Assembly: GCA_026416715.1 (NCBI GenBank)
Contig: JAOAEQ010000005.1
Span: 1,190-65,189 of the forward strand
Source: a bacterium
Lineage (GTDB): Bacteria > UBP4 > UBA4092 > JAOAEQ01
Direction: 5' to 3'
DNA: 64,000 nt
Positions 9,879-19,406 of this stretch are shown piece by piece. The translations under genes were made by a program, and so were the position numbers. A model generated the notes under the pieces. It did not search any database, was not told the DNA's origin, and worked only from the letters and a program-made list of their open reading frames with translations. Positions within the stretch are counted from its first letter, which is position 1. The number at the start of each line of letters is the position of its first letter.

Positions 9879-10646
9879 ATGAAACGGTTGATTCTATCCA
9901 GTTTGATAGCTGGATTTGTGTTTGGAATAATCAATTCTGTGAATGCTGTACCACCACCACCCGTGCCTCCTAGAGCTCCTTTACCGCCATATTGGCGATA
10001 TCCGCCACCACCGGTTTGGCGTCCATATTTACCGCCACCGTTGCCTCGACCGTGGGTTGTTGTTCCGCCACGACCATGGTATGGACCGCGACCGCCATTA
10101 CCGTGGTATTGGGCTCCACCACCTCCTGCAATTCGACATTGGTGGTTCTGGGTATGGTGGAAACCGATGCCTGTAAATATTGTTTTGTATCCAGCTCCGC
10201 ACACGGTATATTATTATCCTGCACCTTATCCGGAACCAGTTTATCCGTATCCTCCGACATATCGTGATGAAATGCAAAATGTATACCCAGAATATCTCCC
10301 TTCAATTGATTCTGTCGAAGAATATGAACAATGGTTAATCCAGAAACTGAATTTGACTCCTGAACAGCAGAAAGATTTTCTCCCGAAATTACATGCTTTG
10401 GTAGAATTGCGAGACCAATATGTTTCAACTCGAACCGCACTAAATGCTGAAATCAAAAAGCTTAAAAAATCTGGGGATATCTCAGCTGCAGAGGCTAAAT
10501 CAAAAGAATTAAAAACCGCTGAATCGAAATTCCGAAAACAAGAGCAGAAATTGATAGATGAATTACTCTCGCTTTTAACCGAAGAGCAGAAAACGAAATT
10601 TATCAACGAAATGAAACAATACGAGGAAAGAGACAGCGAAGAATAA
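9879..10646 (+). CDS. Secreted proline/tryptophan-rich protein with C-terminal LTXXQ (Spy/CpxP-like) motifs
   Basis: Strong AGGAGG ribosome-binding site; signal peptide (MKRLILSSLIAGFVFGIINSVNA); about 100 aa of PPxP and W-rich low complexity; C-terminal helical region with LTPEQQKDF and LTEEQKTKF motifs. Confidence 0.65.
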   Translation: MKRLILSSLIAGFVFGIINSVNAVPPPPVPPRAPLPPYWRYPPPPVWRPYLPPPLPRPWVVVPPRPWYGPRPPLPWYWAPPPPAIRHWWFWVWWKPMPVNIVLYPAPHTVYYYPAPYPEPVYPYPPTYRDEMQNVYPEYLPSIDSVEEYEQWLIQKLNLTPEQQKDFLPKLHALVELRDQYVSTRTALNAEIKKLKKSGDISAAEAKSKELKTAESKFRKQEQKLIDELLSLLTEEQKTKFINEMKQYEERDSEE

Positions 10647-10672
10647 ATACCAATAACATAGAGGCACTCGCG

Positions 10673-10718
10673 CAAAAAGTACTAGGAATAAAAATCTAGG
10701 TTTTCCTAGTACTTTTTG
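10673..10718. terminator. Bidirectional intrinsic terminator between convergent genes
   Basis: Perfect 16-bp inverted repeat CAAAAAGTACTAGGAA (10673-10688) and TTCCTAGTACTTTTTG (10703-10718), with A/T runs on both sides, between the stop codons at 10646 and 10737. Confidence 0.55.
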
Positions 10719-10736
10719 TATTTCTTACTAAGCGAG

Positions 10737-11606
10737 TTACGTTGTCAATCGGCGAACGTTGATTATTTTCCACGTTCCTCCAAGTAGCGCTAAAGTATAT
10801 ACTTCACGGAATTGCTGTTCTTTCCCAGAACGGATATCAGCTCTAATTACAGTTACTTTCGTCTCTTTTGGGTCTCCCGTTACGGAGATAATTTGACGTA
10901 GTTCCTGCCGTAAAGTGCCGCTTGCCATCGTTTCCTGATAATAACTTTTTCGCCGAGCTACATAATCCACTAGGTCAACATTTCCATGTAATCGGTCTGA
11001 TAAACACAGATATTCTTTATCAAACGATTGCGTATTCCACGATTCGATAAAGGTGCGAACAACATCTTCCGGCGTCACAGTCTTTGCTATACGTTTCGCT
11101 GACTCCGGTTGTGGTTGTGGTTTGCTCTCCTGACTTACGGCAGGTTTCGACATCGGTTCCGTTGCAAGCCCCATAGCTTGCGCTGCTAAAAAAGGTTGAC
11201 GGTCTTTATCCAACCAACCTTCCCGTTTTTTTCGCAGAAGATTTTCAATCCGTTTTAATAAATCCGATGGGTCAAATGGTTTAGTAATATAATCATCAAC
11301 GCCCATCCCCTGTTGCCAGAATTCATCCGGTTTATTTGACCCTTGACTAATGGCACTAACCATCATTATAGGAATCCCAGCTAATTCCGAATCCTTTTTG
11401 AGCTCTTTAACCAGTGTATACCCCGACATTTTCGGCATCATTACATCTAGAATCAACATATCCGGTTTCTGCCGCTTAATCTGATTTAATGCTTCTTCTC
11501 CATCAGCAGTGATGATCGGTTCATACCCTTTCGATTCAAGGACGATCCGAAATACTTCGGCAATATCAGATTCATCTTCAGCGACAAGAATCTTTATTTT
11601 CGACAT
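10737..11606 (-). CDS. Response regulator: receiver domain with a non-DNA-binding C-terminal domain of unknown function
   Basis: REC motifs (ILVAEDE, phospho-acceptor context MLILDVMMPKMSG, conserved downstream Lys); the roughly 150 aa C-terminal domain has no recognisable HTH. Confidence 0.8.
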   Translation of the reverse strand: MSKIKILVAEDESDIAEVFRIVLESKGYEPIITADGEEALNQIKRQKPDMLILDVMMPKMSGYTLVKELKKDSELAGIPIMMVSAISQGSNKPDEFWQQGMGVDDYITKPFDPSDLLKRIENLLRKKREGWLDKDRQPFLAAQAMGLATEPMSKPAVSQESKPQPQPESAKRIAKTVTPEDVVRTFIESWNTQSFDKEYLCLSDRLHGNVDLVDYVARRKSYYQETMASGTLRQELRQIISVTGDPKETKVTVIRADIRSGKEQQFREVYTLALLGGTWKIINVRRLTT

Positions 11607-11624
11607 GCTCGTTATACCTCCTAC

Positions 11625-12512
11625 TTATAATAGTATTTCTGTTCCAATACCTTTTTGGGTGTATATCTCTAATAATACCGCATGCGGAACCCGACCGTCA
11701 ATAATATGCGTTTTCGCTACTCCAGATTCTAATGCCCGGATGCACGCCTCAATTTTGGGTAACATACCTCCAGAAATAATCTTATCTTCAATCAAAAATT
11801 CGATTTCGTTCTTATGAATTGTCGGGATTAAACTCGATTCATCGTTTGGATTACGTAGAATCCCAGGGGCATCAGTTAATAACACTAGTTTTTCTGCGCG
11901 CAATGCACCCGCAATCGCTGCAGCAACTAAATCTGCATTGATATTATACCCTCGTCCGGTTTTGTCTGCTCCTAATGGTGAAATAACCGGAATAAAACCA
12001 TCTTGTGTTAACGCCTGAATAATTTGTGGATTAACCTGGTCAATATCGCCGACAAAACCTAAATCTGGGACATCTTCTTCAGGGATACCACGATGGTTAG
12101 TTGGAATAAACTTTTTAGCCTGAATTAAATTCGCATCTTTCCCGCTTATCCCAACCGCAGAACCGCCATGCTGGTTTAATAATGACACTATCTCTTTATT
12201 AATCTTTCCAGTTAAAACCATCTCGACTATTTCAATCGTTCGTTCATCGGTATATCGGTGTCCGTGAACGAACTTCGGCTCTAACCCAAGCTGGGTCATA
12301 AACTCAGTAATTTCTGGGCCGCCACCATGTACCACCACCGGATTCATTCCAACGTATTTCATCAGAACGATATCTTGCATCGTAGTTTCTTTCAAGTCTT
12401 CTTTAACCATCGCGGCTCCGCCATATTTCATAACAATAGTTTTCCCAGAAAATTCTTTGATATATGGCAAAGCTTCTATTAATATATTAGCTTTTTCTAT
12501 TAACTCTTGCAT
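11625..12512 (-). CDS. argB: Acetylglutamate kinase
   Basis: 295 aa; VMKYGGAAM and VVVHGGGPEI motifs of amino-acid kinase family ArgB. Confidence 0.9.
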   Translation of the reverse strand: MQELIEKANILIEALPYIKEFSGKTIVMKYGGAAMVKEDLKETTMQDIVLMKYVGMNPVVVHGGGPEITEFMTQLGLEPKFVHGHRYTDERTIEIVEMVLTGKINKEIVSLLNQHGGSAVGISGKDANLIQAKKFIPTNHRGIPEEDVPDLGFVGDIDQVNPQIIQALTQDGFIPVISPLGADKTGRGYNINADLVAAAIAGALRAEKLVLLTDAPGILRNPNDESSLIPTIHKNEIEFLIEDKIISGGMLPKIEACIRALESGVAKTHIIDGRVPHAVLLEIYTQKGIGTEILL

Positions 12513-12655
12513 AGGTCTTCTCTATCATACAATATATCACAATTGTTCAAAAAAAGCTATACAAAATAGTCATTACACAGATTACATTTCGAGTACACAG
12601 AGTGATAGTTTTAATCGGTGGAATCGGTTTTGGTTAAAATTGGATAATCGTTATT

Positions 12656-14080
12656 TCAAAAATCAGAAAACACTTTCAGTCCCGCATGAATTTTCTTTTT
12701 TAAATCTTTGACATTCCTAATTCGCATAATTTCTCTACCAAATTGTCTCGGACGGAAATAGAACTGCCGCATCGCTTTCTTCTGTGCTTGTATTAAATCT
12801 GATGCGGTAAGATGTTCAGTCCGCATTACTGCGGAACCCTCTTCTTCGAACTGACTCCAATCGTCGGTAATCAGCCAATGGTTATCTTTAGCGATTTGAT
12901 ATAATTCGGTACCAGGAAAAGGTGTGGCGATATGGAAATTAACATAATCCGGATCGAGCTTTTTTGCAAATGAAATTGATTGGTCGATGGTCTCCCAAGT
13001 TTCTCCAGGTAACCCTATTATAAAATAGGCAAACGCTAAAATCCCCGCTTCTTTCGTCCATCGAATCGCCTGTTCTGCTTGAGCTAACGTTATTCTTTTT
13101 TTCGCTCTATCAAGTATCTCCTGATTACCCGATTCAATGCCATAGGAAATCAATTCACAACCTGCAGCGTGCATTAATTTCAACATTTCAAAATCTACGG
13201 TATCAACCCGGCTATTCCCAATCCAACGAAAGTTGAGTTTGCGCATTTGGATCATATTACATAACTCAACTGTCCACGATTTTTTTAAGGTTAATGCATC
13301 AGTCATAAAAACAATATTGCGGATATTGTATTGATTAATAACCAATTCAATTTCATCGCAAACATTCTGTACTGACCGCAGTCGAATTTTTTCACCCCAA
13401 ACCGCGCCTGCTCGACAGAACGTGCATTGATAAGGACAACCACGAGAGGGAATGATCGTAACAAATGGTTCTCCATCGAAAAATGGCATTCGATATTTTT
13501 GGTTTGGCAATAAATGACGCGCCGGAAATGGAATGGTATCTAAATCTGAAATTAATGGACGCCGTGAATTGATTTGGATTTGCCCGCTTTTATCTCGAAA
13601 CGCTAATCCAGAGATTTTACTCCAATCAGCATTAAACTCGTTTGCTAATTCTAATAATGTGTATTCCGCTTCTCCAATAAGAATAAAATCAGCCACGGAT
13701 GCAGCTAATGATTCATAGGGAAGCACGGTTACATGGGTTCCAGTAAAACCAAGTTTGAGTTTCGAATCCTGAGGTTGAGATTTCGAGATGAATTCAATTA
13801 CTGCTGCGTCATTATTAAACGTTGGCGTGGTCGTATGAATAACAATCAATTCAGGCGCGAAACGGTTTATCTGGTGCTGTAGTTCAATTATCGTGATACC
13901 CTCTGCCATGGCGTCTAGAATTTTACAATCATGACCTGACTGTAGCAATACTGCAGCTAGATATGCTAGTCCCGTTTGTGGCCAGAGTTCACCAGCAATA
14001 CTCTTTCTTCCGCAACGACCGAGTTCTTTCATATAAATAGTTCCGCTTAAATGCGGTGGATTCAATAATAATATTTTCAT
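12656..14080 (-). CDS. B12-binding domain radical SAM protein
   Basis: 474 aa; N-terminal B12-binding-like domain and CxxxCxxC cluster (GCPYQCTFC). Confidence 0.8.
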   Translation of the reverse strand: MKILLLNPPHLSGTIYMKELGRCGRKSIAGELWPQTGLAYLAAVLLQSGHDCKILDAMAEGITIIELQHQINRFAPELIVIHTTTPTFNNDAAVIEFISKSQPQDSKLKLGFTGTHVTVLPYESLAASVADFILIGEAEYTLLELANEFNADWSKISGLAFRDKSGQIQINSRRPLISDLDTIPFPARHLLPNQKYRMPFFDGEPFVTIIPSRGCPYQCTFCRAGAVWGEKIRLRSVQNVCDEIELVINQYNIRNIVFMTDALTLKKSWTVELCNMIQMRKLNFRWIGNSRVDTVDFEMLKLMHAAGCELISYGIESGNQEILDRAKKRITLAQAEQAIRWTKEAGILAFAYFIIGLPGETWETIDQSISFAKKLDPDYVNFHIATPFPGTELYQIAKDNHWLITDDWSQFEEEGSAVMRTEHLTASDLIQAQKKAMRQFYFRPRQFGREIMRIRNVKDLKKKIHAGLKVFSDF

Positions 14081-14175
14081 AGGATACTCAAACCAGCGCT
14101 TCGCATATCCAGGTTGTTATATATCATACGGTATATGACGCGGGATTCATCGTGTCTATGGATTCTCCATTGAGA

Positions 14176-15015
14176 TTACTGAGCACGATGGATAAGAAGG
14201 TCGGCTAATAAACCGAGGATAGCGATTTCAACTCCTGTAACCACACAAGTGATCGTTGATACATCCATCAGTGTTCCTAGAATGAATTTGCTATATATCC
14301 CAATAAATAATCCAAGTAGGATTAACATGAGACTTACTGGTAAGAATATGCGGATTGGATTAAAATAAACAATAGTCCGCAGAATTAAAATAAAAAAATC
14401 AGCGGTATGTTTAATCGGCTTAATTTTTGATTGCCCAATTCGAGTCCGGTATTCTATTGGAACATATTTAACAAAATATCCATTGCAATGCAGCGCTAAG
14501 GTTAAAGTTGTGGTAAATGAAAATCCGTTTGGTAAGATGTGCCGGAATTGGTGAATTAAATCTTTTCGAAATACACGAAGTCCGGAGTTTAAATCTGGAA
14601 TTTGTGTCTCTGCAAGATAATTGGCTAGTTTCGATAGCGTCCATTTCGCTAATCTCCGTGAAGCGGGAATAGTTTTCCGTGCGCCAACAACCATGTCATA
14701 CTCGTTTCGTTCAGAAATTAACTGTGGGATAGCCTCTACAGGATATGTCCCATCAGCGTCAAGAATGAGTATCCAATCATATTTCGCTTGATTTACTCCG
14801 GTTTTAATTGCTGCGCCATATCCTCGATTTTCCGGATGAATGATAAGTTTAACCGGTTTATTTTTCACTATTTCAGCGGTTCCATCGGTTGACCCGTCAT
14901 CAATTACAATGAGTTCATATTCTTTTCCAGTTAATATGGAATTAATTTCATCAATAACTTTACCGATACTAGCCGATTCATTAAATGCTGGGATTATTAT
15001 GGTTAACGCTTCCAT
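14176..15015 (-). CDS. GT2 polyprenyl-phosphate sugar synthase (DPM1/ArnC/GtrB-like)
   Basis: IIIPAFNE...IVIDDGSTDGT...LDADGTYP motifs of GT2 family with C-terminal transmembrane helices. Confidence 0.8.
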   Translation of the reverse strand: MEALTIIIPAFNESASIGKVIDEINSILTGKEYELIVIDDGSTDGTAEIVKNKPVKLIIHPENRGYGAAIKTGVNQAKYDWILILDADGTYPVEAIPQLISERNEYDMVVGARKTIPASRRLAKWTLSKLANYLAETQIPDLNSGLRVFRKDLIHQFRHILPNGFSFTTTLTLALHCNGYFVKYVPIEYRTRIGQSKIKPIKHTADFFILILRTIVYFNPIRIFLPVSLMLILLGLFIGIYSKFILGTLMDVSTITCVVTGVEIAILGLLADLLIHRAQ

Positions 15016-15088
15016 TTGAACTTATGGTTATCCTTAATTAATATTGTAATCTATTATAAAATATTAAATGTTGTTTATATACACTAAT

Positions 15089-16561
15089 TTATGCTTGTAT
15101 GAGCTCACGGTTGTCTTCTAGAGAGACAACCCGAACTATATAATATCCTGTGAACAATAGAATCAGTACCGCTACTATCGGTAAACTTTTTATCCATATA
15201 GGTAAACTTGATTGCCAAAGTTGCAGGAAAAATAAATCGATTATCCCTTGCCGGACAATTTCCCAATATCCGATTAAACTCGAATGTGCTGGAATATATA
15301 ATGAATACCATAACGCAGGTACCTGGGTGAGTAACCAGTGATGATAATCCATAAAACTTACGAGAATAGCGGTTATCTGAACAAACATACCAACCGCAGT
15401 CAAGAGCACAATCCAAGCCCAGAACAAGGAATGAGGTTTTCTAATATACTTTTCAAATAACGCTAAAACTGGTATCAACAAAAATATATGGATTTGGAAT
15501 ATATGCCGGGGACCCCAACACCATCCACCTGCCCAGCTTTCCCATTTAGCGTAAAATAAAAGATATACTACCGCAATTGCACAGCAGAAGTAAGATTCGT
15601 ATCGTTTTTCCTGCCAGAATGTTTTCAGTGCGATAAAGAACAAAAGTATCGGTGGCGAAAAAAGAAAAATACTCCTTCCTGAACTGAACAACAATCCATA
15701 TAACCCATCCAATAACGGATAGCTAAAAGTTAATCCTTCGGATTCGTAGCCGGTTGAAGTTACCGAACCGAACCGCACGTAATTATATAAGGCAACTAAT
15801 CCGCAAAATAATCCTATCGGGATTAACCAGAAGATTATAGGTCGAACTGCGGATTTAAACCATCGGGATGGAGTAACTGTTGTTAACCCAAACAATAAAT
15901 ATCCTAGATAGAGCGGAACTGTGATGATACTATCGATTCGCGTAAAAATCGCATAGCCAAGTGCACTTCCCGACCAAAGCAACCACCGGAGTTTATTGGT
16001 AAGTTTATAGGAATATAAACTATAAAATGCAAATAAGAGTAATAAGGTAGCTAATGGTTCGGAAAAGAAAGTTTTTGCATGTGGCATTGCCATTGTTGCC
16101 AGTCCATAGATTAATGTTACCAACAATGCTGCGCGTTTTGTATACCCTAAAACAATCCCAAAATGAAATAATAATAAACAGGTTACAGCGGTCACCACCT
16201 GATTAAATCGCGATACCGCTAATCGGGTAACATTTTCATATAGAGTTCTGCCAGGGTACCGAAACACTTGATTCCAATCTGCAGGAATAACCTGCACCAA
16301 CCCTGTCCCGAAATAATACAATGGTACTGCTAACAACGGTTGACCTAATCCGTAATGACCATAATATCTACCGCTCGCATCCGCTTGCGTGAATCGATCT
16401 CCACCGGGGACTAATGGTTGAATTGCAAATCCCTGAAATTGCGCCATACTTTCTGCCGTCCGAAACATTATTTCTTCATCTGGCGAATATAAATGGCCGC
16501 CCATGATCAGGGTATAAAACGCAAAGAAGAACAAGAAAATAGCGAGATATAATAACTTCAA
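15089..16561 (-). CDS. GT-C-type polytopic membrane glycosyltransferase (PMT/ArnT-like)
   Basis: 490 aa, about 12 hydrophobic segments, DE motif in the first loop (YSPDEEIMFR); adjacent to a polyprenyl-P-sugar synthase. Confidence 0.6.
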   Translation of the reverse strand: MKLLYLAIFLFFFAFYTLIMGGHLYSPDEEIMFRTAESMAQFQGFAIQPLVPGGDRFTQADASGRYYGHYGLGQPLLAVPLYYFGTGLVQVIPADWNQVFRYPGRTLYENVTRLAVSRFNQVVTAVTCLLLFHFGIVLGYTKRAALLVTLIYGLATMAMPHAKTFFSEPLATLLLLFAFYSLYSYKLTNKLRWLLWSGSALGYAIFTRIDSIITVPLYLGYLLFGLTTVTPSRWFKSAVRPIIFWLIPIGLFCGLVALYNYVRFGSVTSTGYESEGLTFSYPLLDGLYGLLFSSGRSIFLFSPPILLFFIALKTFWQEKRYESYFCCAIAVVYLLFYAKWESWAGGWCWGPRHIFQIHIFLLIPVLALFEKYIRKPHSLFWAWIVLLTAVGMFVQITAILVSFMDYHHWLLTQVPALWYSLYIPAHSSLIGYWEIVRQGIIDLFFLQLWQSSLPIWIKSLPIVAVLILLFTGYYIVRVVSLEDNRELIQA

Positions 16562-16577
16562 AAGGTAAACTCCAAAT

Positions 16578-17747
16578 TTATGTAGTTCGGAAATATTCTC
16601 GAGTTACGATAAAGCCTGAGGAAATAAAGAAACCACTAAAAAATGCTATGATAGAAATGACTCCCTTTCTAGGCCATATATGTTGTTCTGGAACAACGGC
16701 TTTTGCAAAGATTTTTATATCTTCTACCTGTTCCGCTTTTGCAATTTTTGCTTGTTCTGCTTTTTCTGCTAACATAATATAGGTTTGTTTATATTTATCA
16801 ACTTCCCGTTGCGCTCGACTAATGAGTGTTTCGCCGGTAACAATTTCGTTCTGCAGTTTCTGTACCTCTTTTTCCAGCTGTTGAATCGTTTTATTGAGAT
16901 CATGTATCTGAATAGTAAGCATATCAATTCGCTTTTGTATCTGATTTCTTTCATCTGGAGAAAACTGAGGTCCAAGTTTATCTAAAAGATTTTGTGTAGT
17001 ACTTAGCTCATACAACATACTCGCTTGCAATCCACGATATCCCTGTTCTATCTTTTGTGTTTCAGTCGGTGTATAAACAGAAATAATGGTGGGTTGCTGC
17101 GCCCTGAATAGTGACGGAGCTGAATTTCCATCTAACTGCTGCAATTTACCAGCTAATTCGCTCCGTAAGTTTTCTAATTTATATTTCTCTTTGAGCTGTT
17201 TGACAATTTCTTCTGCCTGTTTCAGATTCTGTTCGGTGCTATCTAACTGGTTAGTTAATAATTGATATGCACGATCAATTTCCCGTGAACTTAAATGTTC
17301 GGTTCGAGCAACGAAAAGTTCTGCCCATTTATTTGCAATCGCTGCTGCGGTTTCTGGACTATCCGATTTCACAGTTAAATATATCACCGGAGTAAATATT
17401 GATTTCGGTTGTGATTCTATAACCACTTTTGTATTCATTTTCCGCTGTAATTCTTCGACGGTAATTTTTTTTAACTGTAATTGGTCAATGATTTCCTTAA
17501 CCAACTCCCGACTTTCTAACAGCGCTTGATAGGTTGGTGCACTAAATGCTGTCGGCTGAACATCAGTCTGAAATTTCGGCGGCATAACCAATAATGTCGC
17601 TTTGGCTTCATAAGTTTTCGGGATAAAAAAACTGATAATCAGCGCAATCATTCCACAGAATACACTACAGCCAATAATAAGATGTTTGTATTGCCAAAGA
17701 ATTTTCCCAACTTGTATGGTATATAAGTTTCCATTTTCACTGGTCAT
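16578..17747 (-). CDS. Wzz/GumC-like polysaccharide chain-length determinant protein
   Basis: N-terminal TM helix followed by PKTYEAKATLLVMPP, long coiled-coil periplasmic region, C-terminal TM helix. Confidence 0.65.
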   Translation of the reverse strand: MTSENGNLYTIQVGKILWQYKHLIIGCSVFCGMIALIISFFIPKTYEAKATLLVMPPKFQTDVQPTAFSAPTYQALLESRELVKEIIDQLQLKKITVEELQRKMNTKVVIESQPKSIFTPVIYLTVKSDSPETAAAIANKWAELFVARTEHLSSREIDRAYQLLTNQLDSTEQNLKQAEEIVKQLKEKYKLENLRSELAGKLQQLDGNSAPSLFRAQQPTIISVYTPTETQKIEQGYRGLQASMLYELSTTQNLLDKLGPQFSPDERNQIQKRIDMLTIQIHDLNKTIQQLEKEVQKLQNEIVTGETLISRAQREVDKYKQTYIMLAEKAEQAKIAKAEQVEDIKIFAKAVVPEQHIWPRKGVISIIAFFSGFFISSGFIVTREYFRTT

Positions 17748-17754
17748 AGATTGA

Positions 17755-19140
17755 TTATCTCGCTCCTTTACCGGTGAGCACTACCCGGATGGTTGAAAAT
17801 ATAATTTTTAAATCTAGCATTAATGAGATATTATAAACGTAAGCTAAATCGTATCGCAACTTGTTTTCTACCGAAGTATCATACCGGCCATGAATCTGGG
17901 CTAATCCCGTTAGTCCCGGACGCACTTTCAAACGCCGGGAATAAAAAGGTTCAAATTGATAAAATTTCTTGACAAATTCAGGCCGTTCTGGTCGCGGTCC
18001 AACCAAACTCATATCCCCTTTTAGAATATTCAATAATTGTGGGAATTCATCAATTCGTGTCTTTCGGAGAATAGCACCGAATCGAGTTATTCGGGGATCA
18101 TTTAAAGTCGCTAATACCGGTCCGGTTAAATCTTCTGCATTCTTGACCATGGTACGAAATTTATATAGCATAAATTGTTTCCCATCTTTACCGACACGTT
18201 GCTGCCGATAGAATACCGGACCAGATGAAGTTAATTTTATTAAAAGCGCTATGATACAAAACGGGATGAGCAAGACCACTAATGCGCCTAATGAAACTAC
18301 AATGTCCAGAAATCGTTTTATTACTGGATATACACCAGAAAATGCATGCGATTTGATTTCAATCAGTGGAATACCAGCAGTTTCCTGTAATGTTATCCGA
18401 CCGACGGTAACTTCATAGAGCGATGGTAGGACTTTCACTTTAACCCGAGCTCCGATATTCTCACATAAAGAAATTAAGCGTAATAAATCATTTGGCGCCA
18501 CTCCAGTTACCGCAATAATTAGTTCGGTAATTTTCAATTGGGAAACTAATTCATGTAATTTCGATATTTTCCCCAACATAGGCATGGATGGTTCTCCATT
18601 CGACGGAGTGATTTCTGCATCAATGATTCCTAATACTTGATGTCCATATTTAGCGTAATCTTTCATTTCGTCCATAATCTCCTGTCCTAACCGACCAGAA
18701 CTGATAATTGCTACTCGTGAAATAAAACTCCCTCGTGCCCGTTCGATTCGATAATATAAAATTCGCCAACTAGATAATAATACTATCGTCCATAACCAAT
18801 TGTATAGCAATAATCCCCGTGAAATATTAGCTGTCGGGAAAAAATACGTTCGACTAACTAACATAATGAGAAATGAAAATAACCAGCTTATTGTAACCGC
18901 CCAAAAGGTATTATAAATTATGTCGAATGGATATCGATCCTGGTCAAGTTTATATAATTGAAATAGAGCGAGTGTAATTAAATGAATTACAGTGATTAAA
19001 GGAGATAAATAGAAAAAAATATTTACGTGAACAGGTTGCGGTACGCCATGAAATTTAGTAAAAAAACCGAGACAGATTGCTGTATGAATTAAAATACAAT
19101 CTGCAAGGATTGCTGAACTAATGATAAGTTTTTGTTTCAT
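17755..19140 (-). CDS. Polyprenyl glycosylphosphotransferase (bacterial sugar transferase, WbaP/WcaJ-like)
   Basis: C-terminal catalytic domain motifs FYRQQRVGKDGKQFMLYKFRTM...DEFPQLLNILKGDMSLVGPRPERP; N-terminal TM helices. Confidence 0.85.
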   Translation of the reverse strand: MKQKLIISSAILADCILIHTAICLGFFTKFHGVPQPVHVNIFFYLSPLITVIHLITLALFQLYKLDQDRYPFDIIYNTFWAVTISWLFSFLIMLVSRTYFFPTANISRGLLLYNWLWTIVLLSSWRILYYRIERARGSFISRVAIISSGRLGQEIMDEMKDYAKYGHQVLGIIDAEITPSNGEPSMPMLGKISKLHELVSQLKITELIIAVTGVAPNDLLRLISLCENIGARVKVKVLPSLYEVTVGRITLQETAGIPLIEIKSHAFSGVYPVIKRFLDIVVSLGALVVLLIPFCIIALLIKLTSSGPVFYRQQRVGKDGKQFMLYKFRTMVKNAEDLTGPVLATLNDPRITRFGAILRKTRIDEFPQLLNILKGDMSLVGPRPERPEFVKKFYQFEPFYSRRLKVRPGLTGLAQIHGRYDTSVENKLRYDLAYVYNISLMLDLKIIFSTIRVVLTGKGAR

Positions 19141-19406
19141 TCGTATGTAGTAATTCTAAGTTACCTATTGGAAAATGTTTCGATATTATTTACACCCACA
19201 AGTAATTATACACGTTACATAATATTGAATAACTTTGACCAAACCACGATATGCTTATCTTAGAGTTTATATTGAACCTGATAAATTGGAGTAAATCCCG
19301 GTTAAATCGGGCGGAACATATCTAACGCTCGATATACCAATGTGTTACAACTTGAATTTAATTGGGTAACTGTGACTGAACCCATCAACAAAACTGAAGT
19401 CATATG

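Noticed and set aside
9848-10440. Four overlapping ORFs (9848-10204 minus, 9943-10176 plus, 9970-10440 minus, 9992-10267 plus) inside the proline-rich gene
   Set aside because: They are artefacts of the GC-rich, repetitive Pro/Gly/Trp codon region; only the 9879-10646 plus frame has an RBS, a signal peptide and a recognisable C-terminal domain.
10241-10675. 144 aa minus-strand ORF antisense to the C-terminal half of the Pro-rich/LTXXQ gene
   Set aside because: Low-complexity product and no start context; the plus-strand gene explains the region.
12457-12711. 84 aa plus-strand ORF bridging the argB start and the radical SAM gene end
   Set aside because: It overlaps the 5' end of argB and the 3' end of the radical SAM gene in antisense; no domain or start signals. 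Likely spurious.
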